Both the position numbers and the translations under genes were made by a program. This document shows positions 11,513 to 20,911 of a DNA stretch of 64,000 nucleotides, piece after piece (within the stretch, counting starts at the first letter, position 1; every line of letters begins with the position of its first letter). This stretch comes from an uncultured Thermoleophilia bacterium (GTDB lineage Bacteria > Actinomycetota > Thermoleophilia > UBA2241), in NCBI GenBank assembly GCA_963715985.1, contig CAVQSP010000011.1:1-64000 (forward strand). The letters are read 5' to 3'. The notes below the pieces were generated by a model. It was not told the DNA's origin and ran no database searches. It saw only the letters and a program-made list of their open reading frames with translations.

Positions 11513-12169
11513 TCAGCCTACGGAGACCCCCATGAGCTCTTCCGCCACGCGTGCTGCCTCGACCGCGTTCTCGGCGTAGCCGTGGGCGCCCCACTCGTCG
11601 GCCAGGCGCTGGCTGATCGGCGCGCCACCGATCATGATCCTCGTGCTCGGCAGGGCCTCCTTGATCTGCGGCATGTAGTCCTTCATCGCCTTCATCGTGG
11701 TGGTCATCAACGAGGACATGCAGAGCAGGTCCGCATCACAGCTCTGGCCCTCCTCGATGAACTGCTCCATGGGTACGTCCCGACCCAGGTCGTGGATCTC
11801 GAAGCCGGCGACCTCGAGCATGAGCTTCACGAGGTTCTTGCCGATGTCGTGAACGTCACCTTGTACAGCACCGATGACGACGACGCCCTTGCCGCGCTTG
11901 CCTTCGGCGGAAGCCTTGACGAGCGGCTGAAGCACTGCCAGGCCCGCGTACAACGCTTCGGCGGCGATGACCAGCTCAGGCACGTAGCACTCTCCGACCT
12001 CGTACTGCCGGCCGAGTTCGACCATGCCCGGCACGAGGCCCTCGAGAATGGCCTTCTGCGGATCGATGCCCGCCGCAACGGCCTGCTCGGCGGCGCTCGC
12101 GGCCACGTCTTCATCGCCGTCCTCCACGGCCTTCCTCATCTGCGCCAGAATCGCCTGCTCATCGCTCAT
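11513..12169 (-). CDS. Corrinoid (B12-binding) protein, MtbC/MttC type
   Basis: GDVHDIGKNLV (DxHxxG), SSLMTTT, IMIGGAP. Confidence 0.95.
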   Translation of the reverse strand: MSDEQAILAQMRKAVEDGDEDVAASAAEQAVAAGIDPQKAILEGLVPGMVELGRQYEVGECYVPELVIAAEALYAGLAVLQPLVKASAEGKRGKGVVVIGAVQGDVHDIGKNLVKLMLEVAGFEIHDLGRDVPMEQFIEEGQSCDADLLCMSSLMTTTMKAMKDYMPQIKEALPSTRIMIGGAPISQRLADEWGAHGYAENAVEAARVAEELMGVSVG

Positions 12170-12247
12170 CGCTCGTCTCCCTTCGTACACTCGTTCGTCC
12201 CGTCTCCTCAGAGGCGGTCGGAAGCGCTCAGCTGTCCCCGACGCGGT

Positions 12248-13306
12248 CTAGTACTGGCCGAACTCGCGGCACGCCTTCACCATCTGGAAGACGTTGACGG
12301 GCGGCGCCTGCGGCGGCACTTCACACCCGGTCATGAGGGCGTAGCCCGCCGCGTGGTCCTTGCCCTCCAGCACACACGCCTTGCAGAGCTCCATGACCTG
12401 CTCGGGCGAGCCCTCCTGCATCGTGATGGGGTCGACGTTGCCCATCACGACGTTCTTGGGGAACGCCTCCCGAGCCGACGTCAGCGACACTTCACGGCCC
12501 ACACTCACGAACCCACGCTTGCCGAACTGGAGCTGAGACCAGTACGGCAGGTTCTTGTTCTGCTCGCCGCAGATGTGGCTGGCGACGATGGCGACGTCCA
12601 TCTCGGTGACCTTCGCGTGGATCTCCTTGAGGTAGGGGAAGGCGAAGGTCTCGAACTGCTTGGGCGAGTACAGGACGTTGGTCTCGATGCAGAGGTCGAA
12701 CGCCATGATCCTCTCGGGCCCGAACTCCTTCACCCAGTAGCCGGCTTTCGCAAGGATGAAGTCCGTGATCACGCGCAGGACGTGGTGCACCAGATCGGGC
12801 TTCTTCATCATCCAGCGCATGAGCCGCTCCTCGCCGCACACCGAGCCCGCCCATGTGAGGGGAGAACCGATCTGGATCGTGACGTTCATCCCGGCCTCGT
12901 ACTGCAGCCGCGAGAACTCGAGGGCGATGGGGATGGTGCCGACGTTGGTGATGTCCTCCGGCACGCGAAGGGCCCAGGCGTCGTCCTCGTTCTGCACCGG
13001 GTTCTTCTTCATCATCGGGGCGCCGGTGTACTTGCGGTACGGGTACTCGATCTCACCGCCGAACTCGGCCCCTCCGGCGTTCGCCCAGCCGTGCAGCACC
13101 AGCCCGTCGTAGCCGTACATCTCCATGGCATTGCGCTGACAGGCAAGGCTCATCCGGGCATCGTCGTAGACCTTGGCGATCGGCTGCCCGCTCACCACGG
13201 CCGTGTGGCCGAGGATGAACTGCAGGCATGGCACCCGGTCCAGGGCGTCGCCGCGCACGAGCGCATCCCAACGCTCCTGCGAAGTCATCTGGTCACGTGT
13301 TGTCAC
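12248..13306 (-). CDS. UroD-family methylcobamide methyltransferase (MtbA/MtaA-like)
   Basis: DRVP, SPKQFETFAFPY, HICG, MGNVDP, GCEVP. Confidence 0.85.
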   Translation of the reverse strand: MTTRDQMTSQERWDALVRGDALDRVPCLQFILGHTAVVSGQPIAKVYDDARMSLACQRNAMEMYGYDGLVLHGWANAGGAEFGGEIEYPYRKYTGAPMMKKNPVQNEDDAWALRVPEDITNVGTIPIALEFSRLQYEAGMNVTIQIGSPLTWAGSVCGEERLMRWMMKKPDLVHHVLRVITDFILAKAGYWVKEFGPERIMAFDLCIETNVLYSPKQFETFAFPYLKEIHAKVTEMDVAIVASHICGEQNKNLPYWSQLQFGKRGFVSVGREVSLTSAREAFPKNVVMGNVDPITMQEGSPEQVMELCKACVLEGKDHAAGYALMTGCEVPPQAPPVNVFQMVKACREFGQY

Positions 13307-13421
13307 GCTTCTCCCCTCCTTGTCGTGCCTCGGAATGCCGAGGCATGTGGGAATCCCGGTGCGGTCATATGAGTGGCAGGAGTACCGACGCAGGCGCGCC
13401 CCGTTGCGTCGCAGACGGTCA

Positions 13422-14477
13422 TCAGTACGTAGCCTCGTGGCCGACGTCGATCATCGTCCTGATGTTCTCGATCGGGGTCTCGACGCTGAGGTCGCAACCG
13501 GCTCCGAGCACGTAGCCGCCACCGGCCATGCATGCGTCGAGGCACTTCAGCGCGGCTTCCGTGACGGTGTCGACGTCCGCGAGCAGGGTGTCTGCGGGGT
13601 CCAGGTTGCCCAGCAGACAGACGGAGTCGCCGATCGCCTCCTTGGCCGCAGCGGGGTCGACGGCGTGGTCGAAGCTCAAGGCTGACGGAGCCAGGTCGGC
13701 GACCATCGGGAGGATCTTGGTGGTGTTCCCACAGATGTGCAGGATCGTCGGCAGGCCGAGCTCGTGCACGGCCTCGATCACCCGCCGTGTGTAGGGGGCG
13801 ACAAAGGCTTCGAAGTGGCGTGGGGACAGGAGATTCCCGGAGGCGGACGGATCGCAGATGAAGAAGCCATCGACATCCAGCGCCGCGTACAGCTTCAGGT
13901 GCTCGAGGATGACCTGCGTCGAGTAGTCGAGCAGCTGATGTGCCTGTTCGGCACGCTTCATGATGTCGCTCATGAGATGAGCCGCGTCCCGGAGATGACC
14001 GGCCAGGGTGAACGGAAGGGGGATCGTGGCGTAGCAGAAGTACTCGTCCTTGAACTCCTTCAGGAGCGCCTCCGCGGCGACGATGGACGCCTTGACACGC
14101 TCGTCGCCGCTCGTGTCCACGGGCTGAAGGTCCGCCACCTGATCTATCGAGGTGAGCGGGTTCTCAAGGACGATGGGGCTGCCCGCGTCGGCGATGCCCG
14201 ACTTGCAGCCCAGGACGTCCAGAAAGGCGAACCAGTCCCACACGACCTCCATGGCGTCGAAGGGGCACGCCGCCTGAGCCTTGGAGATCGCCGCGATCGC
14301 CTTCTTGGGCTCCGCGATCGACTCCGGCACGGTCACGCCGAACGCGTCGAGTGCCCAGTAACCCTGGAAGGGCGGGGCGACGGGCACCCGGTCAGGGAGC
14401 TCGGCCAGACTCAGTGCCCTTGCGAACCTCTCTTTGCCATTCATTCCTGTCCTCACCTTCGGCTGTCTAGAGCTCAC
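13422..14477 (-). CDS. Second UroD-family methylcobamide methyltransferase (MtbA/MtaA-like)
   Basis: DRVPV, DPSASG.LLSP..FE.FVAPY, LHICG, LGNLDP, GCDL. Confidence 0.85.
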   Translation of the reverse strand: MSSRQPKVRTGMNGKERFARALSLAELPDRVPVAPPFQGYWALDAFGVTVPESIAEPKKAIAAISKAQAACPFDAMEVVWDWFAFLDVLGCKSGIADAGSPIVLENPLTSIDQVADLQPVDTSGDERVKASIVAAEALLKEFKDEYFCYATIPLPFTLAGHLRDAAHLMSDIMKRAEQAHQLLDYSTQVILEHLKLYAALDVDGFFICDPSASGNLLSPRHFEAFVAPYTRRVIEAVHELGLPTILHICGNTTKILPMVADLAPSALSFDHAVDPAAAKEAIGDSVCLLGNLDPADTLLADVDTVTEAALKCLDACMAGGGYVLGAGCDLSVETPIENIRTMIDVGHEATY

Positions 14478-15273
14478 TGGATAGGTCGCTCAGGAATCGT
14501 CGGACGACTTCGGTGAAGCTGGGCGGATCCTCGACGTACGGCATGTGGCCGGCACCCTCGAACACGTGCAGCTCGGCGCGAGGTATCAGGTCGGCCAGCT
14601 CCTCTGCGAATCGCCGGGGCGTGCAGATGTCGAGCGAACCCACGGTCACCAACGTGGGGCACGAGATCTGGTGGAGCCTGTCCCGCGTGTCGTGACTGCA
14701 GAGCGCTTCCGCGGAGCGGCAGAACCCGTCGACGCTCTGCGGATAGGGGTTCTCCTCCGCCGCGGATGCCCACGCCTCGATCGTCCCGTCGTTGTAGATG
14801 TAGGGCGCCACGAACCACACGTTCACGGCCAGGAAGAAGTCGCGCAGGGAGGGGGCGCTACGCGCGAGCAGCTGCCAGCTGCGGACCTCCTCCCGGAAGT
14901 AGCGGTCGGCCGCGCACCACGTGCCGTGGAGCACGAGGCTCTTCACCAGCTCAGGGTGCCGCAGCGTCAGTTCCTGGGCGATCGCCCCGCCCATGGACGA
15001 TCCGACGACGTGTGCGCTCGCGATACCCAAGGCATCCATGAGTGCGGCCGTGTCGTCCGCGAAGTCGACGATGCTGTAGTCGCCGTCCGGAGTGGACGAG
15101 CGGCCGACGGCGCGGTTGTCGAAGGTCGTGACGCGATACGCATCGCAGAGGTCCGCCGCCTGAGCTGCCCAGCACGAGCCCTCGTCCGCAAGGCCGGCGA
15201 TGAAGAGCACGTCGTCGCCCCGGCCGACCTGATCGACCCAAAGGTCCACTCCCCCGGCGGAGACATGGCTCAC
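14467..15273 (-). CDS. Alpha/beta hydrolase (PcaD/RutD-like)
   Basis: FDNR.VGRS, GSSMGG nucleophile elbow, GAGH. Confidence 0.9.
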   Translation of the reverse strand: MSHVSAGGVDLWVDQVGRGDDVLFIAGLADEGSCWAAQAADLCDAYRVTTFDNRAVGRSSTPDGDYSIVDFADDTAALMDALGIASAHVVGSSMGGAIAQELTLRHPELVKSLVLHGTWCAADRYFREEVRSWQLLARSAPSLRDFFLAVNVWFVAPYIYNDGTIEAWASAAEENPYPQSVDGFCRSAEALCSHDTRDRLHQISCPTLVTVGSLDICTPRRFAEELADLIPRAELHVFEGAGHMPYVEDPPSFTEVVRRFLSDLSSEL

Positions 15274-15427
15274 TCGCGACCCCCCACCAGATCGCCATGC
15301 ACGTGCGCCTCGCAGGCCAGACGGTACCCCTCGGCCCTCCGACCGGGGGCGAGGATCCGGTCCTCGCTCGGCGTGCGACAGAAGCTGTGCCGAGGCGAGG
15401 AGACGACGGCATGCGACCGCACCTCGC

Positions 15428-16171
15428 TCAAGCGGAGTCTCCCCTCGTCTCGCCTTCGCCTGCCAGGATCTCGGCGAGATCGAGGACCGTGAAGGCTTCG
15501 CCTCTGTCCTTCGCGCCGTCGGACAGCATGGTCATGCAGTACGGGCACGCCGTGACGAGCGTGTGCACCGCGGCGCCGATCGCTTCGTCGGTCCTCATGT
15601 GATTGATGCGCTCGCCTTCGGGCTCTTCCAGGAACACCCGGCCCCCGCCGCCGCCACAGCAGAACGAATCGGCCTTGCTGCGTCCCAGTTCCGTCAGCCG
15701 CAGGCCGGGGATCGAGCGGAGCGCCTCCCTCGGCTCCTGGTAGATGTCCTCGTAGCGACCCAGATAGCACGAGTCGTGGTAGGCGGTGCGGCCGTACTCC
15801 CGCGGCCCGGACGACGGCGCCAACCGTCCGTCAGAGAGGAGCCGGGCAAGGAGCTCGGTGTGATGGAGGATCTCGTGCTGCGGGAGCTCGTACTCGCGTT
15901 TGAGCACTCGGTAGCAGTGCGGGCACGTGGTCACGACATGCGTCGTCTCTGCGGCCAGGATAGCCGCCGTGTTCTCCTCGGCCAGAGACTGGAACAGGAA
16001 GTCATTGCCGAGACGACGAGCGGGATCGCCGCAGCACTTCTCGGCGGTGCCCAGCGTGATGAACGGCACCTCCGCCTCGTCGAGCAGGGCGGTGAAGGCG
16101 CGGGCCACCCGCTGATTCCTCTGGTCGAAGGCGCCGGCGCAGCCCACCCAGTACAGCCACGTCTCGGTCAT
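15428..16171 (-). CDS. CCG-domain Fe-S protein (HdrD/GlpC-like, C-terminal half of a FadF-type oxidoreductase)
   Basis: EKCCGD, TCPHC, YHDSCYLGR, CCGGGGG, ACPYC. Confidence 0.9.
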   Translation of the reverse strand: MTETWLYWVGCAGAFDQRNQRVARAFTALLDEAEVPFITLGTAEKCCGDPARRLGNDFLFQSLAEENTAAILAAETTHVVTTCPHCYRVLKREYELPQHEILHHTELLARLLSDGRLAPSSGPREYGRTAYHDSCYLGRYEDIYQEPREALRSIPGLRLTELGRSKADSFCCGGGGGRVFLEEPEGERINHMRTDEAIGAAVHTLVTACPYCMTMLSDGAKDRGEAFTVLDLAEILAGEGETRGDSA

Positions 16172-17502
16172 GACGCCTCCCCTTCAGGTGTCAGGGCGGG
16201 AGCGCCATCGTGGCCCTCGGTGACGACCGCGGCCCTGGCCGACCAGGCCGCGCGGTCTGCCCAGCCGATACCCCACGGGTTGTAGTTCGTCTCGATGTTG
16301 CGCAAAGCGAGCTGGCCTTCGGAAGGAATGGCTCCTTCGATCATCACGAGGTACTGACGAAGCTCCACGAGCAGTGGGGCGTGCTCGATACGGACGGGGC
16401 ACACCTGCGCACAGGCGCCGCAGGTCGTGCAGGCCCAGATGACGTTGTGCTCGATCGAGCTCGGGCCAGATGCTGCCCCGTCAGTCTGGCCCGATTCGCC
16501 CGAGGCCTGGGACCCGGCACCTCCCGCACGCGACCCGAGCCGCCAGGTCAACTGCGCGTCCTCCAGCCAGCGGCGCAGGTCGAGGATCACCTGCTTCGGC
16601 GTCAGTGCCTTGCCGGACGCGAAGGCCGGGCAGACGTCCTGGCAGCGGCCGCACCGCGTACACGCTTCGAGCGCCAGCCGCGCGCGCCTGTCGAGCTCCG
16701 CGACGTCGCCCAACCCGTAGAGCTCCTTGCTCTCGTCGGTGAAATCGATCTCCCGCAGCCGGCCCTTGCTCGTGCGGTCGGCCGCGCTCATCTGGTTGGC
16801 CGGAGCCGTGACGATGTGCAGGAGCTTGGTGAAGGGGATCGCGGCGATGAGGGCGCAGGCGGTGAGGAGATGGAACCACCACAGTACCTGGTACGTGGTC
16901 TCGAGGGCCCCGGCCGACATGCCGGAGAACATGGCGGACGTGGCCCACCCGACGGGGCTCCACTGCTCCCACTGGTCGGGCAAAGCAGCCATGCGCAGTC
17001 CCTCGAGGATGAACCCGACCACGAGCACGACCAGCAGGCCGCCGAGGACGAGCAGGTCCTCACTGCGGTTGTCGAGCCGGCGCGGCCGAAGCACGTAGCG
17101 GCGCACCAGAGCCATGACGACTCCGACGACGGCCGCCAGGCCCAGCGCGTCGAGGGCCAGCGAAAGCCACAGGTAGAAGCCGCCCTGGAACACCGGCACG
17201 CCGAGGTCGGCCTTCAGCAACACCATGGCCGTGCCGAAGGCCAGGGTCAACATGCCCCAGAGGATGAAGAGGTGCATCAGGCTGGCGTACAGGTCGCTCC
17301 AGAACCGCCGCTGCAGGAAGCCATCCATGATGAGAGCGCCGATCCGCCCGACGCCTGAAGACGCCAGCGACCCCTTCGGCCCGACGCGGATCAGGCGCAG
17401 ACGAGCCCACATCCCGTAGATGAAGAGGGCGGTCGCCACCGCGGCGGGCAGGTACAGCCACTCGTGTCCAGGTATGGCCCAGTAGACCTCTCGCGTGACC
17501 AA
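16168..17502 (-). CDS. Membrane (NarI/cytochrome b-like) plus 2x[4Fe-4S] oxidoreductase subunit, FadF/HdrF-like
   Basis: TM helices with His residues; CTRCGRCQDVCP and CTTCGACAQVCP; TTG start after GGAGGAGG. Confidence 0.88.
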   Translation of the reverse strand: MVTREVYWAIPGHEWLYLPAAVATALFIYGMWARLRLIRVGPKGSLASSGVGRIGALIMDGFLQRRFWSDLYASLMHLFILWGMLTLAFGTAMVLLKADLGVPVFQGGFYLWLSLALDALGLAAVVGVVMALVRRYVLRPRRLDNRSEDLLVLGGLLVVLVVGFILEGLRMAALPDQWEQWSPVGWATSAMFSGMSAGALETTYQVLWWFHLLTACALIAAIPFTKLLHIVTAPANQMSAADRTSKGRLREIDFTDESKELYGLGDVAELDRRARLALEACTRCGRCQDVCPAFASGKALTPKQVILDLRRWLEDAQLTWRLGSRAGGAGSQASGESGQTDGAASGPSSIEHNVIWACTTCGACAQVCPVRIEHAPLLVELRQYLVMIEGAIPSEGQLALRNIETNYNPWGIGWADRAAWSARAAVVTEGHDGAPALTPEGEAS

Positions 17503-17525
17503 GGCGTCGCCCTCCTCCCCAGCGC

Positions 17526-18512
17526 CTAGCTCTCGTCGCTCATGCGCCGCAGCTCGGCAGCCAGCGCCGGAGCGAGCTTGTACAGATCGCCGACCAGCGT
17601 GTAGTCGGCCGCCTCGCACATGGGGCAATCGGGGTCCTTGTTGATGGCCACGATCACCCGGGATGACCCCATGCCGGCAAAGTGCTGGATGGCGCCCGAG
17701 ATGCCGCAGGCGACGTACAGGTTCGGGGAGACGGCCTTGCCGGTCTGCCCCACCTGGTGATCCACGCTGATCCACCCCGAGTCCACGGCGACGCGGGACG
17801 CCCCGACGGCTCCGCCAAGGGCGTCCGCCAGGTCCTCGATCACGGCGAAGCCCTGGGCATCACCGAGGCCGCGACCACCGGACACGATGATCTCGGCCTC
17901 CTGGAGGCTCACGCGGCTGCCTGTCTTGACCGCGGTCTCCACCACGACCGACCGCGGTTCCGCCTCGTCCAGAACGATCTCTACCGACTGTTCGGTCGGC
18001 GTGGTCGCCGGCACCTCGACGAACCCGAGGGCGTTGGGCCGGAACGTGACGACCGCCGGCGAGCCGGACGCGGTCGTGACCCGCGACATGAGCTTGCTCC
18101 CGTAGACCGGCCGGACCAGATGCAACCCGTCGTCCTGGCACGTCATCGCGACGCAGTCGCCGACGAACGCGGCGCCGGTGCCTTCTGCCACACGAGGGGC
18201 GACGGTCCTGGCCAGCGGCGTGTTGCCGAAGGCCACCAGTGAGGGAGCTGAGTCTCTCACGAAGGTCGTGAGGACGGCCGCAAGAGCTTCCGGCCCGCCC
18301 GACAGCTGCGGACTGGTCAGGTGGAACACGGCATCGGCACCCCATTCCGAGAGCCGGGGCAGCTCGTCGGTCGCCAACTCCCCGACGACGACGGCGCCGA
18401 GAGGCTGATGCCAGGCGTCGGCGACGCTTCTCAGCTGCGTGAGCAGCTCTCCACAGACCCTGCGAAACGAGCCGTCGCGCGTCTCGCAGAACACGACTAT
18501 GCCACCGCTCAT
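17526..18512 (-). CDS. etfA: Electron transfer flavoprotein alpha subunit
   Basis: [29 protein letters not shown]. Confidence 0.95.
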   Translation of the reverse strand: MSGGIVVFCETRDGSFRRVCGELLTQLRSVADAWHQPLGAVVVGELATDELPRLSEWGADAVFHLTSPQLSGGPEALAAVLTTFVRDSAPSLVAFGNTPLARTVAPRVAEGTGAAFVGDCVAMTCQDDGLHLVRPVYGSKLMSRVTTASGSPAVVTFRPNALGFVEVPATTPTEQSVEIVLDEAEPRSVVVETAVKTGSRVSLQEAEIIVSGGRGLGDAQGFAVIEDLADALGGAVGASRVAVDSGWISVDHQVGQTGKAVSPNLYVACGISGAIQHFAGMGSSRVIVAINKDPDCPMCEAADYTLVGDLYKLAPALAAELRRMSDES

Positions 18513-18523
18513 GTCACTCCCCC

Positions 18524-19312
18524 TCACAGGACCTTGGCTTCATCACGCAGAAGGCGGGCGAGCTCACGCGCCGCCTCCTCGGGCGAATCAGCCTCGATGA
18601 CGCGACCAGCCCCCCTCGCGGGCGGGACCTCGAGCGCATCGACGTGCTTCCGGCTGGCAGCTCTGACCTGATCGGGATCCAGGCCGAGGCCCTGCAGCGA
18701 CTGCACGTCGATGGCCATCCTGCGCGCCTTCATGATGGCGGGAATGGCGGGGTAGCGCGGCTCGTTGAGGCCCTTCTGCGCTGTGACGAGGGCCGGCAGC
18801 CGCAGCTGGACCACCTGGCTGCCGCCCTCGACCTCGCACCTCGCCAGCGCCGAGCCGTCCTGGACGGACAGCTCCGTGACGGCGTTCGCGTGCGGAAGCC
18901 CCAGTCGAGAGGCCAGTCGCAGCGGCACTTCGCCCATGGCGTCGTCGATGGCGATGCGACCGCACAGGATCAGGTCGCAGCCGATGCGTCTCGCCACGGC
19001 ATCCAGCACGACGGCGACAGCAGCGCCGTCCACGCCGTCCAGGGCCTCATCCCACACGCGAATGGCCGAGTCGGCGCCCATCGCGAGTCCGAGTCGCAGC
19101 GCGTCGTCCGCCCGCGGCGGCCCGACGGTGACCAACGCGATCGCAGCGTCCCCACCCGATTCCTTGATACGGACTGCCGCCTCGACCGCGAACTCGTCGT
19201 AGGGGTTCATGATGAACGTGATGTCACGCTCACTGATCGAGACGCCGTCCTCGGCGACCACGACCTTCGCCTCGGTATCCGGCACCTGTTTCACACACAC
19301 AAGGATCTGCAC
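18524..19312 (-). CDS. etfB: Electron transfer flavoprotein beta subunit
   Basis: VCVKQVPDT, NPYDEFAVE, NEPRY. Confidence 0.95.
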   Translation of the reverse strand: MQILVCVKQVPDTEAKVVVAEDGVSISERDITFIMNPYDEFAVEAAVRIKESGGDAAIALVTVGPPRADDALRLGLAMGADSAIRVWDEALDGVDGAAVAVVLDAVARRIGCDLILCGRIAIDDAMGEVPLRLASRLGLPHANAVTELSVQDGSALARCEVEGGSQVVQLRLPALVTAQKGLNEPRYPAIPAIMKARRMAIDVQSLQGLGLDPDQVRAASRKHVDALEVPPARGAGRVIEADSPEEAARELARLLRDEAKVL

Positions 19313-19441
19313 CTGGGCTCCCTTTCGCTGCAGGTGACGAGCGACGGGCCTCTGCCGGCACGACGTCGGGGGGACAACGCCTCCCGCCGAGGCCCGCGCT
19401 CGCGGTTCGTCACCGGTGATGCCTCACGCGAGACAAGCCGT

Positions 19442-20765
19442 TCACTTCCTGGTTGACGGCTCCCACTTCGGTCCGGCCCACTCGTAGTCGTAGTAGTCCA
19501 GCATCACGTCCATCTGGGTGCGGAAGCGTCCGCCGAGCCAGAGCTCGGCCTGCTTGACGTCGCGCATGTACTTCTCCACGTGATACTCGGGCGCCGATCC
19601 GTAGGAGCCCATGAGGTCCATGATCGTCTGGAGGCTCTGGCGCACGCCCATCATGGTCACCTGGTCGACGGCCGCCGCCTTCGAGTAGATGAACTTCTCC
19701 CACGGCATGCCGTACTTCTCGGGGTGATCGAACTGGTAACACGCCTCCATGTAGGCGGCGCGGGCACGTCGTCCACTGCGTGAGGATGCCGCCGAGGGCG
19801 TGGACGAACACCGAATGCTCGCGCATCGGCTTGCCGGCCACGATCCGGTCCCTGGAGAAGTCGAGGAGGATCTCGATGCACGTCTGTACACAGCCGTTGA
19901 CGTACCCGGGGGTCGTGATCTTGTCCTCTACGGCCAGCTCCTTGAACAGGTCGCCGTCACGCACGTCGGTTCCCCAGGTGACGGCGTACTCCAGCGGCAC
20001 GCGCACGTTGTCGTAGAAGATCTCGGTGTTGGTGTCGGTGCAGCACATGCCGAAGGTGTCGATCGGCTTGCCGAACGTCATGCCCTTGGCGTCAGCCGGG
20101 ACGACGATGAACTTGATCCCGTCTTCGCCGAGATTGGGGTCCGTGGTGCAGAGCGTCATGTAGCCGATGTCGCTCCTGCTGGCGCCGCTCGGCCAGATCT
20201 TCTGCCCGTTGATGACCCATTCGTCGCCCTCGCGCCTGGCGATCGTCCTGATCGTGCGCCCGTGCTGCGTGGTGTCGTCGATGTTGGTGCCACCGGCCGG
20301 CTCGGTGAGGGACATCGTCGCCCGATGGTGCTTGCCGTCGAGCAGCGGCTTGCCGAACAGCTCCAGAAGGTCCATGCGGCCGGCGAACTTGATCGGCGAG
20401 TAGAACCAGTAGAGGAGGCTGACGTCCAGGGCGATGCCCGCGTCGGCGCGCCCGAGCTCCTCGATCAGCATGGCGTAGGTGACCGTGCTGTCCATCACCC
20501 CGCCGGGACCGCCCAGCTCCTCCGGGAGAATGGCCATCGGCCAGCCGAAGTCGTAGACGGCCTGCATGGCCTTGGCGATGGCCACGTCCGCCAGCGCCTG
20601 GTCGTGCCCGAAGCCACCGTCGAGATCGCGACGCAGAGGCATGATGACGTCGTCCACGACTTCGTGGAACCGATCCACGATGTCGTAGACCTCTTCCGCG
20701 GGCTCGGGAAGATACACCTCGCAGAACTTCTTGCGCACGTCGAAGTTGGGATGGTAGTACGGCAT
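19442..20765 (-). CDS. Acyl-CoA dehydrogenase family protein (frameshift near 19770)
   Basis: LPEELGG, LTEPAGG, WVINGQKIW, GSYG...VEKYMRD. Confidence 0.88.
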
Positions 20766-20867
20766 GTCCAGCGACCTCCTGGTCTGTTCGGGGCACCCGG
20801 CTCGCGACCCGTGCGACTCAAGGCGACGCCCAAGGTCCGTTCGGGGAACCCAATACCCTCACTCAAA

Positions 20868-20903
20868 GAGGGGCGGCCGGCCGAGAGCGAACGGCCGCCC
20901 CTC
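20868..20903. terminator. GC-rich hairpin between permease and acyl-CoA dehydrogenase
   Basis: GAGGGGCGGCCG / CGGCCGCCCCTC inverted repeat. Confidence 0.5.
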
Positions 20904-20911
20904 GCGACGGG

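Noticed and set aside
11051-13372. Long antisense or alternate-frame ORFs (e.g. 11051..13372 +, 29875..31608 -, 38514..41363 +)
   Set aside because: Shadow ORFs of real genes in high-GC DNA, with no recognisable motifs
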